Below are positions 47,572-57,040 of a DNA stretch of 64,000 nucleotides, piece after piece. A model generated the notes under the pieces. The model was given only the letters and a program-made list of their open reading frames with translations, did no database searches and was not told where the DNA came from. Source of the DNA: an uncultured Pelagibacteraceae bacterium (GTDB taxonomy: Bacteria > Pseudomonadota > Alphaproteobacteria > Pelagibacterales > Pelagibacteraceae); the NCBI GenBank assembly GCA_902589315.1, contig CACISK010000001.1, positions 133,504 to 197,503 of the forward strand, in the 5' to 3' direction. Each line of letters starts with the position of its first letter. Positions within the stretch are counted from its first letter, which is position 1. A program made the position numbers and the translations under genes.

Positions 47572-47913
47572 CTATCTAATTTTTTTTAATTCACTAAAAA
47601 GTTTTATTTTAATAAAATTGTATTCATCTTCTAAAACAGATTTTCTAGCAATTAATAAGTAACTATAGTTAAGATTAATTTTAATTTTTTTTAAAGCTTC
47701 ATTCATCATATTTCTTAATCTTCTTTTAATTTTATTTCTTATAACAGCTGTACCAATCTTTTTTTTTGTAATAAAACTTATATTAAAGTATCTATTACTT
47801 TTATTTTCTAATCTCCTGTAAAAAATTGTTGAATATCTATTTGAAATTTTTTTACCATTTAAAATAAACTTAAAATCCTCATTTTTGGATAAACTTTTTA
47901 ATTTAACCTGCAT
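47572..47913 (-). CDS. rnpA: RNase P protein component
   Basis: KKIGTAVIRNKIKRRLR (RNR motif). Syntenic with rpmH and yidD. Confidence 0.92.
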   Translation of the reverse strand: MQVKLKSLSKNEDFKFILNGKKISNRYSTIFYRRLENKSNRYFNISFITKKKIGTAVIRNKIKRRLRNMMNEALKKIKINLNYSYLLIARKSVLEDEYNFIKIKLFSELKKIR

Positions 47914-48047
47914 TAAACAGTGAGTTTTTTTCTACCCTTACTTCTTCTTCTTCTTATTAGTTTTCTTCCACCTTTTGTCTTCATTTTAGACCTAAAACCA
48001 TGCCTTCTTTTTCTCACTTTTTTACTAGGTTGATATGTACGTTTCAT
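47913..48047 (-). CDS. rpmH: 50S ribosomal protein L34 (not in ORF track)
   Basis: 44-aa ORF beginning [27 protein letters not shown] and ending KGRKKLTV*. Confidence 0.96.
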   Translation of the reverse strand: MKRTYQPSKKVRKRRHGFRSKMKTKGGRKLIRRRRSKGRKKLTV

Positions 48048-48131
48048 ATTAAGGCTTCTTTTTTGTTAAATTTCGGTAGTTATACAATTTAATGTATATA
48101 AGTACAGCGATTTTTAATAAATTAGAACAAA

Positions 48132-48848
48132 ATGGAAAATGAAAATAAATTAAAAATTATTCTCGGTATTATATATCTTTCCATAGTTACTGGCTTTTTG
48201 TTGCTTTTTTTTAGCTATTTCTCATTTGATGACTTTTCAAGTTTTGAACTTATAAAAAACAATAGAGATAAACTGAATGATATCAAAAATTCCAATCTTT
48301 TAATTGCTAGCATATTATTTTTTATTGGAGTGATTATTTGGGTTATGCTCTTAGGATTTGGTTCACCAGTTTTTTTAGTTGGAGGATTTGTATTTGGAAA
48401 ATGGATAGGGACAATCCTTATAGTATTCGGTTTATCTTTAGGCGCAACACTTCTATATATTTGTGCAAATTATTTTTTTAAAGATCTAATTGAAAAAAAA
48501 TTTTCATCAAAGTTTTCAAATCTTACCGAAAAATTTAAAAAAAATGAATTTACTTTTTTTTTGATATATAGATTTGTTGGTGGTATACCTTTTTTTATAT
48601 CAAACATTTTGCCAACATTATTTAATGTTAAGATTAGAAACTTCTTTTTTGGATCTGTTATTGGAATGACACCTCAGTTATTTGTTGGAGCTTCACTTGG
48701 TGCAGGCCTAAATAAAGTTATTGATACTAATCAACAACTTCCTAGTATTTTTGACATAATTTTAACTCCAGATATTTATGTACCAATAATTGGTATGATA
48801 ATCCTCGTTTTAATTGGATTTATAATCAGAAAAAAATTCTACAAATAG
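48132..48848 (+). CDS. VTT/DedA (TVP38-like) membrane protein
   Basis: GGFVFG, RFVGGIPFFISN, FFFGSVIGMTP. Confidence 0.85.
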   Translation: MENENKLKIILGIIYLSIVTGFLLLFFSYFSFDDFSSFELIKNNRDKLNDIKNSNLLIASILFFIGVIIWVMLLGFGSPVFLVGGFVFGKWIGTILIVFGLSLGATLLYICANYFFKDLIEKKFSSKFSNLTEKFKKNEFTFFLIYRFVGGIPFFISNILPTLFNVKIRNFFFGSVIGMTPQLFVGASLGAGLNKVIDTNQQLPSIFDIILTPDIYVPIIGMIILVLIGFIIRKKFYK

Positions 48849-48849
48849 C

Positions 48850-48924
48850 TGGTGCCCTCGACGAGAATCTAACTCGTAACTGACCCTTACCAAGGGCCTG
48901 TTTTAACATTAAAACTACAAGGGC
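48850..48924 (-). tRNA. tRNA-Thr(GGT), atypical D/T loops
   Basis: GCCCTTG...CGAGGGC-A-CCA, anticodon loop TT-GGT-AA, all stems pair. D-loop TAATGTTA and T-loop TTAGATT deviate from consensus. Confidence 0.85.
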
Positions 48925-49018
48925 ATTTTTAATAATAATTAGTGTATAAAATTGTTTTTTTCAAATAAATGCCTTAATTTTTTGAGAAAATCAGTTATAT
49001 CTAAACTAGGTAAATGAT

Positions 49019-49216
49019 ATGGGAATTCACTACGATTATAAATCGACAAGAGGAGCTAAGGCTATGGAGAAGCAGGCTAAAAGAGAAAAAAAGCTTGCTG
49101 AAAAAAGAGCAAAAAAAATAGCCAAACAAGGTGAACCCAAAAGTACAGAGGATAAAACAATTCCAATCGATCAAGTAATAACTTTAGATCACCTTACCAA
49201 TCCAGACAAAAAGTAA
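49019..49216 (+). CDS. Small basic hypothetical protein
   Basis: 65-aa ATG ORF filling an intergenic gap, Lys/Glu/Ala-rich helix. Confidence 0.65.
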   Translation: MGIHYDYKSTRGAKAMEKQAKREKKLAEKRAKKIAKQGEPKSTEDKTIPIDQVITLDHLTNPDKK

Positions 49217-49221
49217 TTAAG

Positions 49222-49323
49222 ATGGACAGGAAGAAGGATAAAAAAGCTAAACTCGAAGAAGCTTTGCGTAAAAACTTAAGAAAAAGAAAAATTTTTCAAA
49301 GAAAAAATAAAAAAAATAAATAA
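49222..49323 (+). CDS. Very small basic protein (33 aa; not in ORF track)
   Basis: MDRKKDKKAKLEEALRKNLRKRKIFQRKNKKNK*. Its stop abuts the dcd ATG. Confidence 0.6.
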   Translation: MDRKKDKKAKLEEALRKNLRKRKIFQRKNKKNK

Positions 49324-49878
49324 ATGTCAGTACAATCAGATAAGTGGATAATCAAAATGGCGAAAGAACAAGCAATGATTTCACCATTTGAAGATAAACA
49401 AATAAGGGAAGGAAAAATTTCATTTGGAGTTTCTTCATACGGGTACGATGCGAGAGTATCAAATGAGTTTAAAATATTTACTAATGTAAACTCTGAAATT
49501 GTAGACCCAAAAAATTTTAAACCAACGAATTTTGTAACAAAAGAGTCTGATGAATGTATTATTCCGCCAAATTCTTTTGTTTTAGCAAGAACAGTCGAAT
49601 ATTTTAAAATTCCTAGTGATGTCTTAGTTATTTGTTTAGGTAAGTCCACTTATGCCAGATGTGGAATAATTGTTAACGTAACACCTTTGGAACCAGGATG
49701 GGAAGGTCATGTGACTCTTGAATTTTCTAACACAACCCCATTACCAGCAAAAATATATGCAAATGAGGGTGTGGCACAATTTATATTTTTAAAAGGGAAT
49801 GAGAAACCTGATGTTTCATATGCCGATAGAAATGGAAAATATATGGGCCAAAAAGGGGTAACTCTTCCCAAAATTTAA
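49324..49878 (+). CDS. dcd: dCTP deaminase
   Basis: [26 protein letters not shown]. Confidence 0.96.
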   Translation: MSVQSDKWIIKMAKEQAMISPFEDKQIREGKISFGVSSYGYDARVSNEFKIFTNVNSEIVDPKNFKPTNFVTKESDECIIPPNSFVLARTVEYFKIPSDVLVICLGKSTYARCGIIVNVTPLEPGWEGHVTLEFSNTTPLPAKIYANEGVAQFIFLKGNEKPDVSYADRNGKYMGQKGVTLPKI

Positions 49879-49879
49879 A

Positions 49880-51142
49880 ATGGATAAATTTAAAATTAAT
49901 GGTCCCTCTAAGATCAGAGGAGAGGTATCAATTTCTGGAAGTAAAAATGCTGCTCTACCAATACTCGCTGCAACTTTACTCTTTGATAAAAATGTAACCA
50001 TTAAAAATCTGCCAAGAGTTAAAGATATTGATACAATGCTTAATTTGCTAAAATCTCTTGGAAGAAAAATTACCTTTAAAAATAATAAAAAAATCGCGAC
50101 AATCTCAAAAGGAAAAAAAAATAATTTTTTTGCACCTTATTCTCTAGTTAAAACAATGAGAGCAGGAATTTTAGTTCTTGGTCCTTTATTGGCAAAAAAT
50201 AAAAGAGCAAAAGTAAGTAGCCCGGGTGGTTGCAGTATAGGAGTAAGACCAATAGATATACATTTAAAAGTTATATCAAAGTTAGGTGTTAAAATACAAA
50301 TTGAAAAAGGATATGTTAATGCAAAAGCTCAAAAAGGATTAGTTGGTTCAGAAATAAGATTTTCAAAAATATCTGTTGGAGCTACCGAAAATTTAATTCT
50401 TGCTGCTTGTCTCGCTAATGGGACAACAACAATAAAAAATTGTGCAATAGAGCCTGAGATCAAGGATCTGACAAATTTTCTAAAAACAGCTGGTGCCATG
50501 ATAAAATGGATTGGTAAAAGAACTTTAAAAATAGAAGGTGTTAAAACATTAAAAAGTATAACTTACTCAATTATGAATGATAGAATTGAAGCAGGTACTT
50601 TTTGTGTTGCCGCATGTTTGAATGGTGGAAACTTAAAAATTAAAAACTTTGAGCCAAAAATTATCAATACAGAGATAAATTTACTTAAGAAAATTGGTGC
50701 AAATATAAAAACCACAAAAAATACAATTCAAATTAAGGGACCAAAAAAAATTAAAAGTCTAAATTTTTTAAAAACTGGAGAATACCCAAATTTCCCCACT
50801 GATTTGCAAGCTCAAATTATGGTATTGTTAACTAGAGCAAATGGGAAAAGCACAATTGAAGAAAATATATTTGAAAACAGATTTATGCATGTTCCAGAAT
50901 TAAAAAGATTAGGTGCAAAAATAAATATCAAAGGTAACAAGGCAATTATTGAGGGAACTAATAATCTAGAGGGAGCTGAGTTAATGTCTAGTGATTTAAG
51001 GGCATCAGTAGCTTTAGTTTTAGCAGCTTTTATTTCAAGAGGAACATCTATTATAAATAGAGTATATCATTTAGATCGAGGTTATGAAAAAATTGAAAAT
51101 AAGCTAAAAAAAATTGGAGTAAAAATAAAAAGAATATCTTAG
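49880..51142 (+). CDS. murA: UDP-N-acetylglucosamine 1-carboxyvinyltransferase
   Basis: GSKNAALP, PGGCSIGVRP (catalytic Cys), FPTDLQAQ, HLDRGYE. Confidence 0.96.
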   Translation: MDKFKINGPSKIRGEVSISGSKNAALPILAATLLFDKNVTIKNLPRVKDIDTMLNLLKSLGRKITFKNNKKIATISKGKKNNFFAPYSLVKTMRAGILVLGPLLAKNKRAKVSSPGGCSIGVRPIDIHLKVISKLGVKIQIEKGYVNAKAQKGLVGSEIRFSKISVGATENLILAACLANGTTTIKNCAIEPEIKDLTNFLKTAGAMIKWIGKRTLKIEGVKTLKSITYSIMNDRIEAGTFCVAACLNGGNLKIKNFEPKIINTEINLLKKIGANIKTTKNTIQIKGPKKIKSLNFLKTGEYPNFPTDLQAQIMVLLTRANGKSTIEENIFENRFMHVPELKRLGAKINIKGNKAIIEGTNNLEGAELMSSDLRASVALVLAAFISRGTSIINRVYHLDRGYEKIENKLKKIGVKIKRIS

Positions 51143-51543
51143 TGAATAATTTTTTAAAGAAAGTAATCGCTCAATCTCCAGACGACTTACAAATTATATC
51201 AGCTATATGTGCAGAGTCTAAAGTCAAAATTTCTGATATAAAATATTTGCCATCTACAAAAATTTTTTTACTTTCTGTTTTAAGAATAGATAAGGAAACA
51301 GATAGTAGCAAACCTATTAATAGTGTTATAAAATTTGAATTTATTGAAAGTTCCAAGTCTAAAAACATTAAACAATCCAATGCAGATTTAACTTTAGAAT
51401 TATTTGCAATTGATATTTTTAAAAAAAAAGAAAATTTTGAAATAGTTCTGTTATTTTCAAAAAATGGAATTATAACACTTTCCACAGAAGTTATTGATGT
51501 AACGTTAGAAGACCAAAAAATTGAAAATGATAAAAGTAATTAA
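51142..51543 (+). CDS. DUF2948-like protein
   Basis: AQSPDDLQIISA...IDVTLED. The position between murA and hisD is typical of alphaproteobacteria. Confidence 0.75.
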   Translation: MNNFLKKVIAQSPDDLQIISAICAESKVKISDIKYLPSTKIFLLSVLRIDKETDSSKPINSVIKFEFIESSKSKNIKQSNADLTLELFAIDIFKKKENFEIVLLFSKNGIITLSTEVIDVTLEDQKIENDKSN

Positions 51544-52789
51544 TTGTAAGAAAAAAAATTATAAAAGAGAATTAACATCTTTTTTGGATAAAAGGAGATC
51601 TGGAAAAGCAGTAGACACTTCGATAGTTCCAAAAATTTTAAAAGACATCAAAATTAATGGAAGAAAAGCACTTTTAAAGTATGAGAAAAAATTTAGTAAA
51701 AATATAGAGATAGTTCCTTCAAAAGATAAAATAAACAAAGCAATTAATACATTAGAACCTAAGATTAAAAAAAGTATCGATTTAGCCTATAATAGAATTT
51801 TTAAGTTTCATTCACTACAAAAACCAAAAAATATTAAGTATGTAGATAATTTTAAAAATAAACTTGAATATAAGCATGTGCCACTACAGTCTGTAGGTAT
51901 TTATGTACCAGCTAATTTACCATCCACATTATTAATGAATGCAGTGCCTGCAAAAATTTCTGGTGTAAAAAGAATAGTTTTGGCCAATCCAAAACTTAAT
52001 GGAAAACTAAATCCTGCTGTTCTTTATGCAGCTAAAAAAGTTGGAATTAATGAAATTTACTCAATGGGTGGTGCCCAAGCTATAGCAAGTTTAGCGTATA
52101 TTCAAAAAGTGAATAAAATTGTTGGGCCTGGAAATATCTATGTTGCAAGAAGCAAACGCGAAGTCTTTGGTGATGTTGGGACAGAGGGAATGGTCGCTGG
52201 GCCTAGTGAAATTTGTGTTTTAGCAGATAGTAAAACTGATCTAAATCAAGTTATAACATCTATGATTGGACAAGCAGAACATGATGTAAACTCCCAGTGT
52301 ATTTTAATTACGAAAGATAAAAAATTAGCAAATAAATTTAATATAGAAATAAAAGAAAGTATCAAAAAAGTTCAAAGGAAAAGAGTTGTTTTAAAAAGTT
52401 TGAAAAATAATGGATTAATTGTGTTAGCCCAAAGTGATAAGCAAATAATAGAAGCAATTAATGAGGTTGCTCCAGAGCACTTAGAAATTAATGTGTCTAA
52501 TTATAAAAAGTATTTAAATCAAATTCATAATGCAGGAAGTATTATGATTGGAAAGTATTCTCCAATGGCTGTCTCAGATTATAATGTTGGTTCAAACCAT
52601 GTATTACCAACTTTAGGATCTGCAAAATTTTCATCTGGATTAAATCTTAGTGAATTTTATAAAAAAATTAGCCATATAACTCTTACAAAAAAAGGTATTG
52701 AGAAATTAGGAGAATCCGCTACACATCTCGCTGAGTATGAAGAACTAGATAATCATGCTCAAAGTATTAAATCTAGAATGAGGAGATAA
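51527..52789 (+). CDS. hisD: Histidinol dehydrogenase
   Basis: [29 protein letters not shown]. Confidence 0.95.
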   Translation: MIKVINCKKKNYKRELTSFLDKRRSGKAVDTSIVPKILKDIKINGRKALLKYEKKFSKNIEIVPSKDKINKAINTLEPKIKKSIDLAYNRIFKFHSLQKPKNIKYVDNFKNKLEYKHVPLQSVGIYVPANLPSTLLMNAVPAKISGVKRIVLANPKLNGKLNPAVLYAAKKVGINEIYSMGGAQAIASLAYIQKVNKIVGPGNIYVARSKREVFGDVGTEGMVAGPSEICVLADSKTDLNQVITSMIGQAEHDVNSQCILITKDKKLANKFNIEIKESIKKVQRKRVVLKSLKNNGLIVLAQSDKQIIEAINEVAPEHLEINVSNYKKYLNQIHNAGSIMIGKYSPMAVSDYNVGSNHVLPTLGSAKFSSGLNLSEFYKKISHITLTKKGIEKLGESATHLAEYEELDNHAQSIKSRMRR

Positions 52790-52793
52790 TAAT

Positions 52794-53009
52794 TTGAGTA
52801 AACAGGATACGTTGGAGTTTGAAGGTGTAGTAACAGATCTTCTTCCTAATGCTATGTTTAGAGTTAAACTAGACAATGGTCATAATGTTACGGCTCACAC
52901 GGCAGGAAAACTTAGAAAAAATCGTATTCGTGTTTTACAAGGTGATAGAGTAAAATTGGAGGTATCTCCATACGATTTATCAAAGGGTCGTATAATTTTT
53001 AGATCTTAA
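52794..53009 (+). CDS. infA: Translation initiation factor IF-1
   Basis: [29 protein letters not shown] start after GGAG. Confidence 0.96.
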   Translation: MSKQDTLEFEGVVTDLLPNAMFRVKLDNGHNVTAHTAGKLRKNRIRVLQGDRVKLEVSPYDLSKGRIIFRS

Positions 53010-53014
53010 TTACT

Positions 53015-53087
53015 GGAACCCTGGTGTAGCTGGTGCGCACAAATGCCTGAAAAGCATTGGGACCTGATTCGATTTCAGGGGGTTCCA
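53015..53087 (+). tRNA. tRNA-Phe(GAA), atypical; followed by CCT rather than CCA
   Basis: GGAACCC/GGGTTCC acceptor stem, AATGC-CTGAAAA-GCATT anticodon arm, CCTGA-TTCGATT-TCAGG T-arm. Confidence 0.85.
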
Positions 53088-53199
53088 CCTTAAAGATAGA
53101 GACATCATTTTAACTTGCAATCGAATTTAAAATCTAATACCTATCGCGCTTATCAATTATGATAAGAACTAATATAATAAAGAAAGAGTATAAATAAGT

Positions 53200-53412
53200 A
53201 TGAGTACACTAAAAGGTAAGGTCAAGTGGTTCAACGGAAAGAAGGGCTACGGGTTTATTGAGAGAGAAGATGGTGAAAAGGATTGTTTTGTTCATGCATC
53301 TGCAGTTAGAGAAGCAGGTTTAAGATTTTTGAATGAAAACGATGCTATAGAATTCGAAATTCAAGATGGCGAAAAAGGTCCAAGCGCTGTAAATTTGAAA
53401 AAATTAGGTTAA
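53200..53412 (+). CDS. Cold-shock protein (CspA family)
   Basis: [14 protein letters not shown] (RNP1), FVH (RNP2). Confidence 0.95.
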   Translation: MSTLKGKVKWFNGKKGYGFIEREDGEKDCFVHASAVREAGLRFLNENDAIEFEIQDGEKGPSAVNLKKLG

Positions 53413-53434
53413 TAAAATTTAATTCATCAAAAAT

Positions 53435-53493
53435 ATTTGTATAGGAATAGGACATGTTAAATAACATAGCCATTCCTGTACAAATTCTTTTCT
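53435..53493 (+). terminator. Long hairpin/terminator after the cold-shock gene
   Basis: ATTTGTATAGGAAT pairs with ATTCCTGTACAAAT (one G-U), with an inner ATGTTA/TAACAT stem, followed by TCTTTTCT. Confidence 0.6.
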
Positions 53494-53496
53494 TAC

Positions 53497-53524
53497 TTGC
53501 ATTTCAAATAAATAATGCTAGTAA
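53497..53524 (+). promoter_or_regulatory. Putative sigma70 promoter for the His leader/tRNA-His/hisS unit
   Basis: TTGCAT-16 nt-TAGTAA with an extended -10 TG. The predicted start site is at or near the leader ATG (53532). Confidence 0.45.
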
Positions 53525-53531
53525 AACAGCA

Positions 53532-53606
53532 ATGATTAAAATTGTTATTATAAACAAAGAAACTCACCGACATCATTTTCATGCTGGCTGCAAGCTAGCT
53601 ATTTAA
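53532..53606 (+). CDS. Putative His-rich leader peptide (24 aa)
   Basis: MIKIVIINKETHRHHFHAGCKLAI*. Four His in six codons, directly upstream of tRNA-His-hisS-hisZ-hisG. Confidence 0.7.
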   Translation: MIKIVIINKETHRHHFHAGCKLAI

Positions 53607-53656
53607 TTATTTATAAATTTAATTTCATCCACATTTAGTATAAAACAGTAGAAGGA

Positions 53657-53733
53657 GCACGGGTAGCTCAGTTGGTTAGAGCAGCGGTTTGTGGAACCGA
53701 AGGTCGCGCGTTCGAATCGCGCCCCGTGTACCA
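53657..53733 (+). tRNA. tRNA-His(GTG), alphaproteobacterial type without G-1
   Basis: GCACGGG...CCCGTGT-A-CCA, anticodon loop TT-GTG-GA. G1-U72, A73, and the -1 base is A. Confidence 0.95.
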
Positions 53734-53737
53734 AAAA

Positions 53738-55168
53738 ATGAATAAAGAAAAAAAATTGTCAGCAAATAACCCTTCGGGATTTGTTGATAGATACGGCAAA
53801 GAATTAGCATTAAAAGAAAATTTAATTGCTAAGATTGAGAAAAATTTTTTAAAGTTTGGTTTTTCTAAGCTAGAAACCCCAAGTTTTGAAATATCAGAAA
53901 ATATAGGAAAATTCTTACCAGATGAAGATAGACCAAGCTCTGGTGTATTTGGTTTTCAAGAGGAAAATAATAGTTGGATATCATTACGTTATGATTTAAC
54001 TGCTCCATTAGCAAGATACGTATCTCAAAATTATTTAAATATCTCAAATCCTTTTAAAAGATATCAAATTGGAAATGTATGGCGAAATGAGAAACCTGGC
54101 CCTGGTAGATTTAGAGAGTTTACCCAAGCCGATTGTGATATTGTTGGATCTAATAATCCTTTAGCTGATGCTGAGATGTGCAATCTTTTAGCTGACACAT
54201 TATATTTCTGTGGCTTAGAAAAAAATCAATACCAAATCAAATTAAGTAATAGAAAATTAATTCAAGGACTTATTGAAAACTTAAAAATTTCAGAAAGCAA
54301 ACAACAACTTACTGTTTTGAGAGCTATAGATAAACTTGATAGAGTTGGGACTGATGGTGTTAAACAATTGCTTACAACAGGACGTGAAGACAAATCTGGT
54401 GATAAAACTATTGGAGCAAAACTCTCTGATAATCAAGCTGAAGAAATAGTCAGTTTTATAAATATGAAATCTCTAGATGAAATTAAGTCAGCTATACCAA
54501 ACAAATTAGTTGAAGATGGTGTTGATGAATTAAATAAAGTATTAGATGGAATAAGTTATTCATCTAATTTTGATCAAATAATTTTTTCTCCTGAAGTTAT
54601 TAGAGGACTTGAATATTATGATGGCCCAATATTTGAGGCAAATTTAACATTCAAAGTTAAAAATCAAAAAAACCAAGAAGTGGAGTTTGGCTCAGTTGGC
54701 GGAGGTGGAAGATATAATTCTTTAGTTTCAAGATTTAAAAAAGTAGACTTATCTGCAACAGGTGTTTCCATAGGCCTTGATCGTTTGCTATACGCGTTAG
54801 TTCAGTTAAACAAAATCGAGGTTAAAAATTATTCACCGATAATAATATGTGTTTTAGATAAAAAATATCTCTCTAATTATTATGAATTGTTATCACAACT
54901 TAGAAATCAAAATATAAGATCCGAAATTTATCTAGGAGATTCAGGTTTGAAATCACAATTAAAATATGCTGATAAAAGGAGTTCACCAGCTGTAATTCTT
55001 TGTGGGGAAGATGAATTTAAAGATAATAAAATTACTATAAAAAAATTAAACTCAAACTTAGACGAAACATCAAAAAATTTATCTAGAGAAGAGTGGAAAA
55101 AATCTGAAAATACTCAAATTACATTTGATAAGGAGAACCTGATTGATGAAATCAAAAAACTTATCTGA
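53738..55168 (+). CDS. hisS: Histidine-tRNA ligase
   Basis: LRYDLTAPLARY, RNEKPGPGRFREFTQ, RGLEYY, GGGGRY. Start moved to ATG 53738 because the longer ORF begins inside tRNA-His. Confidence 0.95.
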   Translation: MNKEKKLSANNPSGFVDRYGKELALKENLIAKIEKNFLKFGFSKLETPSFEISENIGKFLPDEDRPSSGVFGFQEENNSWISLRYDLTAPLARYVSQNYLNISNPFKRYQIGNVWRNEKPGPGRFREFTQADCDIVGSNNPLADAEMCNLLADTLYFCGLEKNQYQIKLSNRKLIQGLIENLKISESKQQLTVLRAIDKLDRVGTDGVKQLLTTGREDKSGDKTIGAKLSDNQAEEIVSFINMKSLDEIKSAIPNKLVEDGVDELNKVLDGISYSSNFDQIIFSPEVIRGLEYYDGPIFEANLTFKVKNQKNQEVEFGSVGGGGRYNSLVSRFKKVDLSATGVSIGLDRLLYALVQLNKIEVKNYSPIIICVLDKKYLSNYYELLSQLRNQNIRSEIYLGDSGLKSQLKYADKRSSPAVILCGEDEFKDNKITIKKLNSNLDETSKNLSREEWKKSENTQITFDKENLIDEIKKLI

Positions 55169-56198
55169 GAATATTTTAAAAATTATTAAGTCAAATGGAT
55201 ATAAATATATTGATCTTGATACAGTTATTGACACCAATTTAATATTGGAAAGATCAGGAGAAAATTTCAAAAGATTTATATTTTCTTTCAATGATCAATT
55301 AGGAAATGAACTTTGTTTAAGACCTGATTTAACAATTGCATCTTGTGTTAGATATTTAAATAATAATAAGAAAACTAGTGAAAAAATTTTCTATAGTGGT
55401 CAAGCATTTAGAAAAGGATTAAATAAAAAAGATGCTGTTATCAGAAATCAAATTGGTTTTGAAATATTAGGATCTTTTACTGAAAAAAAAGATGATAAAA
55501 AAATAATAGAGACTTCACTTAAAGCATTATCAAAAATTAAATATAAAAGCGGAAATTTAGTAATAGGTAATATAGAAATTTTTAGGCTGTTGTTAGATAA
55601 ATTGGATTGTCCAGCAAGATGGAAATTAAGATTACAACGTCATTTTTGGAGAGAAAAATATTTTAATGATTTATTAAAAAGATTGGAGACAAACTCTGAC
55701 ATTGATCCAACAATTGTTGAAATAGATAAAAAAAAATATTCTAGAATGATAAATGGAAATCAAAAAAAAGAGGTTGCTGGAAGGTCAATGGAAGAAATAT
55801 TATTAAGATTTGATTCAAAGATTAAAGATCCAAGAAGATCAAAAAAAGGAAGTAATGTTGTAAAAATTTTAAAAGAGTACTTAAAAATTGAATGTCCTAT
55901 TAATCAAGCATCTAAAAAGTTAAATTTATTTTTTAAAAAAAATAAAATTAATCTTAGAGTTCAGGATGATTATTTTCCAATAACTAAAAATAAAATTAAT
56001 AAATTAAATGTTAGATTTAATTCTTCTTTTGGAAGACATCTCGAATATTACACTGGTTTGGTATTTAAGATCGATATTAAATCGAAGTCTGAGAAGTTAA
56101 ATATTAGAGGTGGTAGATACGATTCTTTAATTAAAGATCTTGGCTTTAAAAAAAATATACCAGCAGTTGGAGCTGCTATTAACTTAGAAAAAATATGA
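55146..56198 (+). CDS. hisZ: ATP phosphoribosyltransferase regulatory subunit
   Basis: LCLRPDLT, QIGFE, FGRHLEYYTG, GGRYD. Paired with a short-form hisG. Confidence 0.9.
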   Translation: MKSKNLSENILKIIKSNGYKYIDLDTVIDTNLILERSGENFKRFIFSFNDQLGNELCLRPDLTIASCVRYLNNNKKTSEKIFYSGQAFRKGLNKKDAVIRNQIGFEILGSFTEKKDDKKIIETSLKALSKIKYKSGNLVIGNIEIFRLLLDKLDCPARWKLRLQRHFWREKYFNDLLKRLETNSDIDPTIVEIDKKKYSRMINGNQKKEVAGRSMEEILLRFDSKIKDPRRSKKGSNVVKILKEYLKIECPINQASKKLNLFFKKNKINLRVQDDYFPITKNKINKLNVRFNSSFGRHLEYYTGLVFKIDIKSKSEKLNIRGGRYDSLIKDLGFKKNIPAVGAAINLEKI

Positions 56199-57040
56199 TA
56201 ATTTGGTTAGCCTCATATCCTAAAAGTGGAAATACTTGGTTGAGATCTTTAATAGCAAATTACTATTTTTCAGAAACAGGTGATTTTAATTTTGAACTTT
56301 TAGAAAAAATAGACTCTTTTCCAAGCAACAAATATTTTAGAAAGTATTTAGATAAATTTAACCAGCCTCATGATACTTCAAAGTATTGGATAAAGGAGCA
56401 AGAAAAAATTAATCAATCCAAAGGTTTAAAATTTTTTAAAACCCATAATGCACTTTGTAAAATAGAAGGTAATCAATTTACTAACAAAGAAAATACGTTA
56501 GGCGTTATTTATATAATAAGAGATCCAAGAAATGTAATCTCTTCATTATCAAACCATTATCAAATTTCTATTGATGAGGCATTTCAATTTATGACAGATG
56601 AAAAAAGAGGAATTGTCTCTAAAGAAAAAGATCGATTTTTAGGTTTTCAGGCACTTTTTTCCTGGAAATTAAATCAGAAATCATGGGTAGATAATAAATT
56701 GTACCCAGTTTTGACTGTAAGATATGAAGATCTACAAACCGATGCATTAAACACACTTAAACAAGTCATTAATTTTATTAATAAACTTTCTAAATCAGAT
56801 GAAAAATTTGAAAAAGAAAAAGCATTAAAATGCGTAGATAATTGCAATTTTAATAATTTAAAAAAACTAGAGGATGAAAATGGTTTTTCAGAAGCTATTA
56901 CAAAAAAAGGTTCTGACGAAAAAATAAAATTTTTTAATTTAGGAAAAGACAATGATTACAGGAAACTACTTAATGAAAATTTAATAAGTAAAATGAATAA
57001 TATATTTCAAGAAGAGCTGGTAAAATTTAAATATGAGTAA
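56195..57040 (+). CDS. Sulfotransferase (Sulfotransfer_1-like)
   Basis: WLASYPKSGNTW (5'-PSB), KTH, RDPRNVISS (3'-PB), RYEDL. Confidence 0.9.
   Translation: MIIWLASYPKSGNTWLRSLIANYYFSETGDFNFELLEKIDSFPSNKYFRKYLDKFNQPHDTSKYWIKEQEKINQSKGLKFFKTHNALCKIEGNQFTNKENTLGVIYIIRDPRNVISSLSNHYQISIDEAFQFMTDEKRGIVSKEKDRFLGFQALFSWKLNQKSWVDNKLYPVLTVRYEDLQTDALNTLKQVINFINKLSKSDEKFEKEKALKCVDNCNFNNLKKLEDENGFSEAITKKGSDEKIKFFNLGKDNDYRKLLNENLISKMNNIFQEELVKFKYE

Noticed and set aside
48048-48131. Replication origin near rpmH (also considered upstream of gyrB)
   Set aside because: No dnaA gene and no cluster of DnaA boxes recognised.
53672-53737. N-terminal extension of hisS in the ORF track
   Set aside because: Lies inside tRNA-His. 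The real start is ATG 53738.
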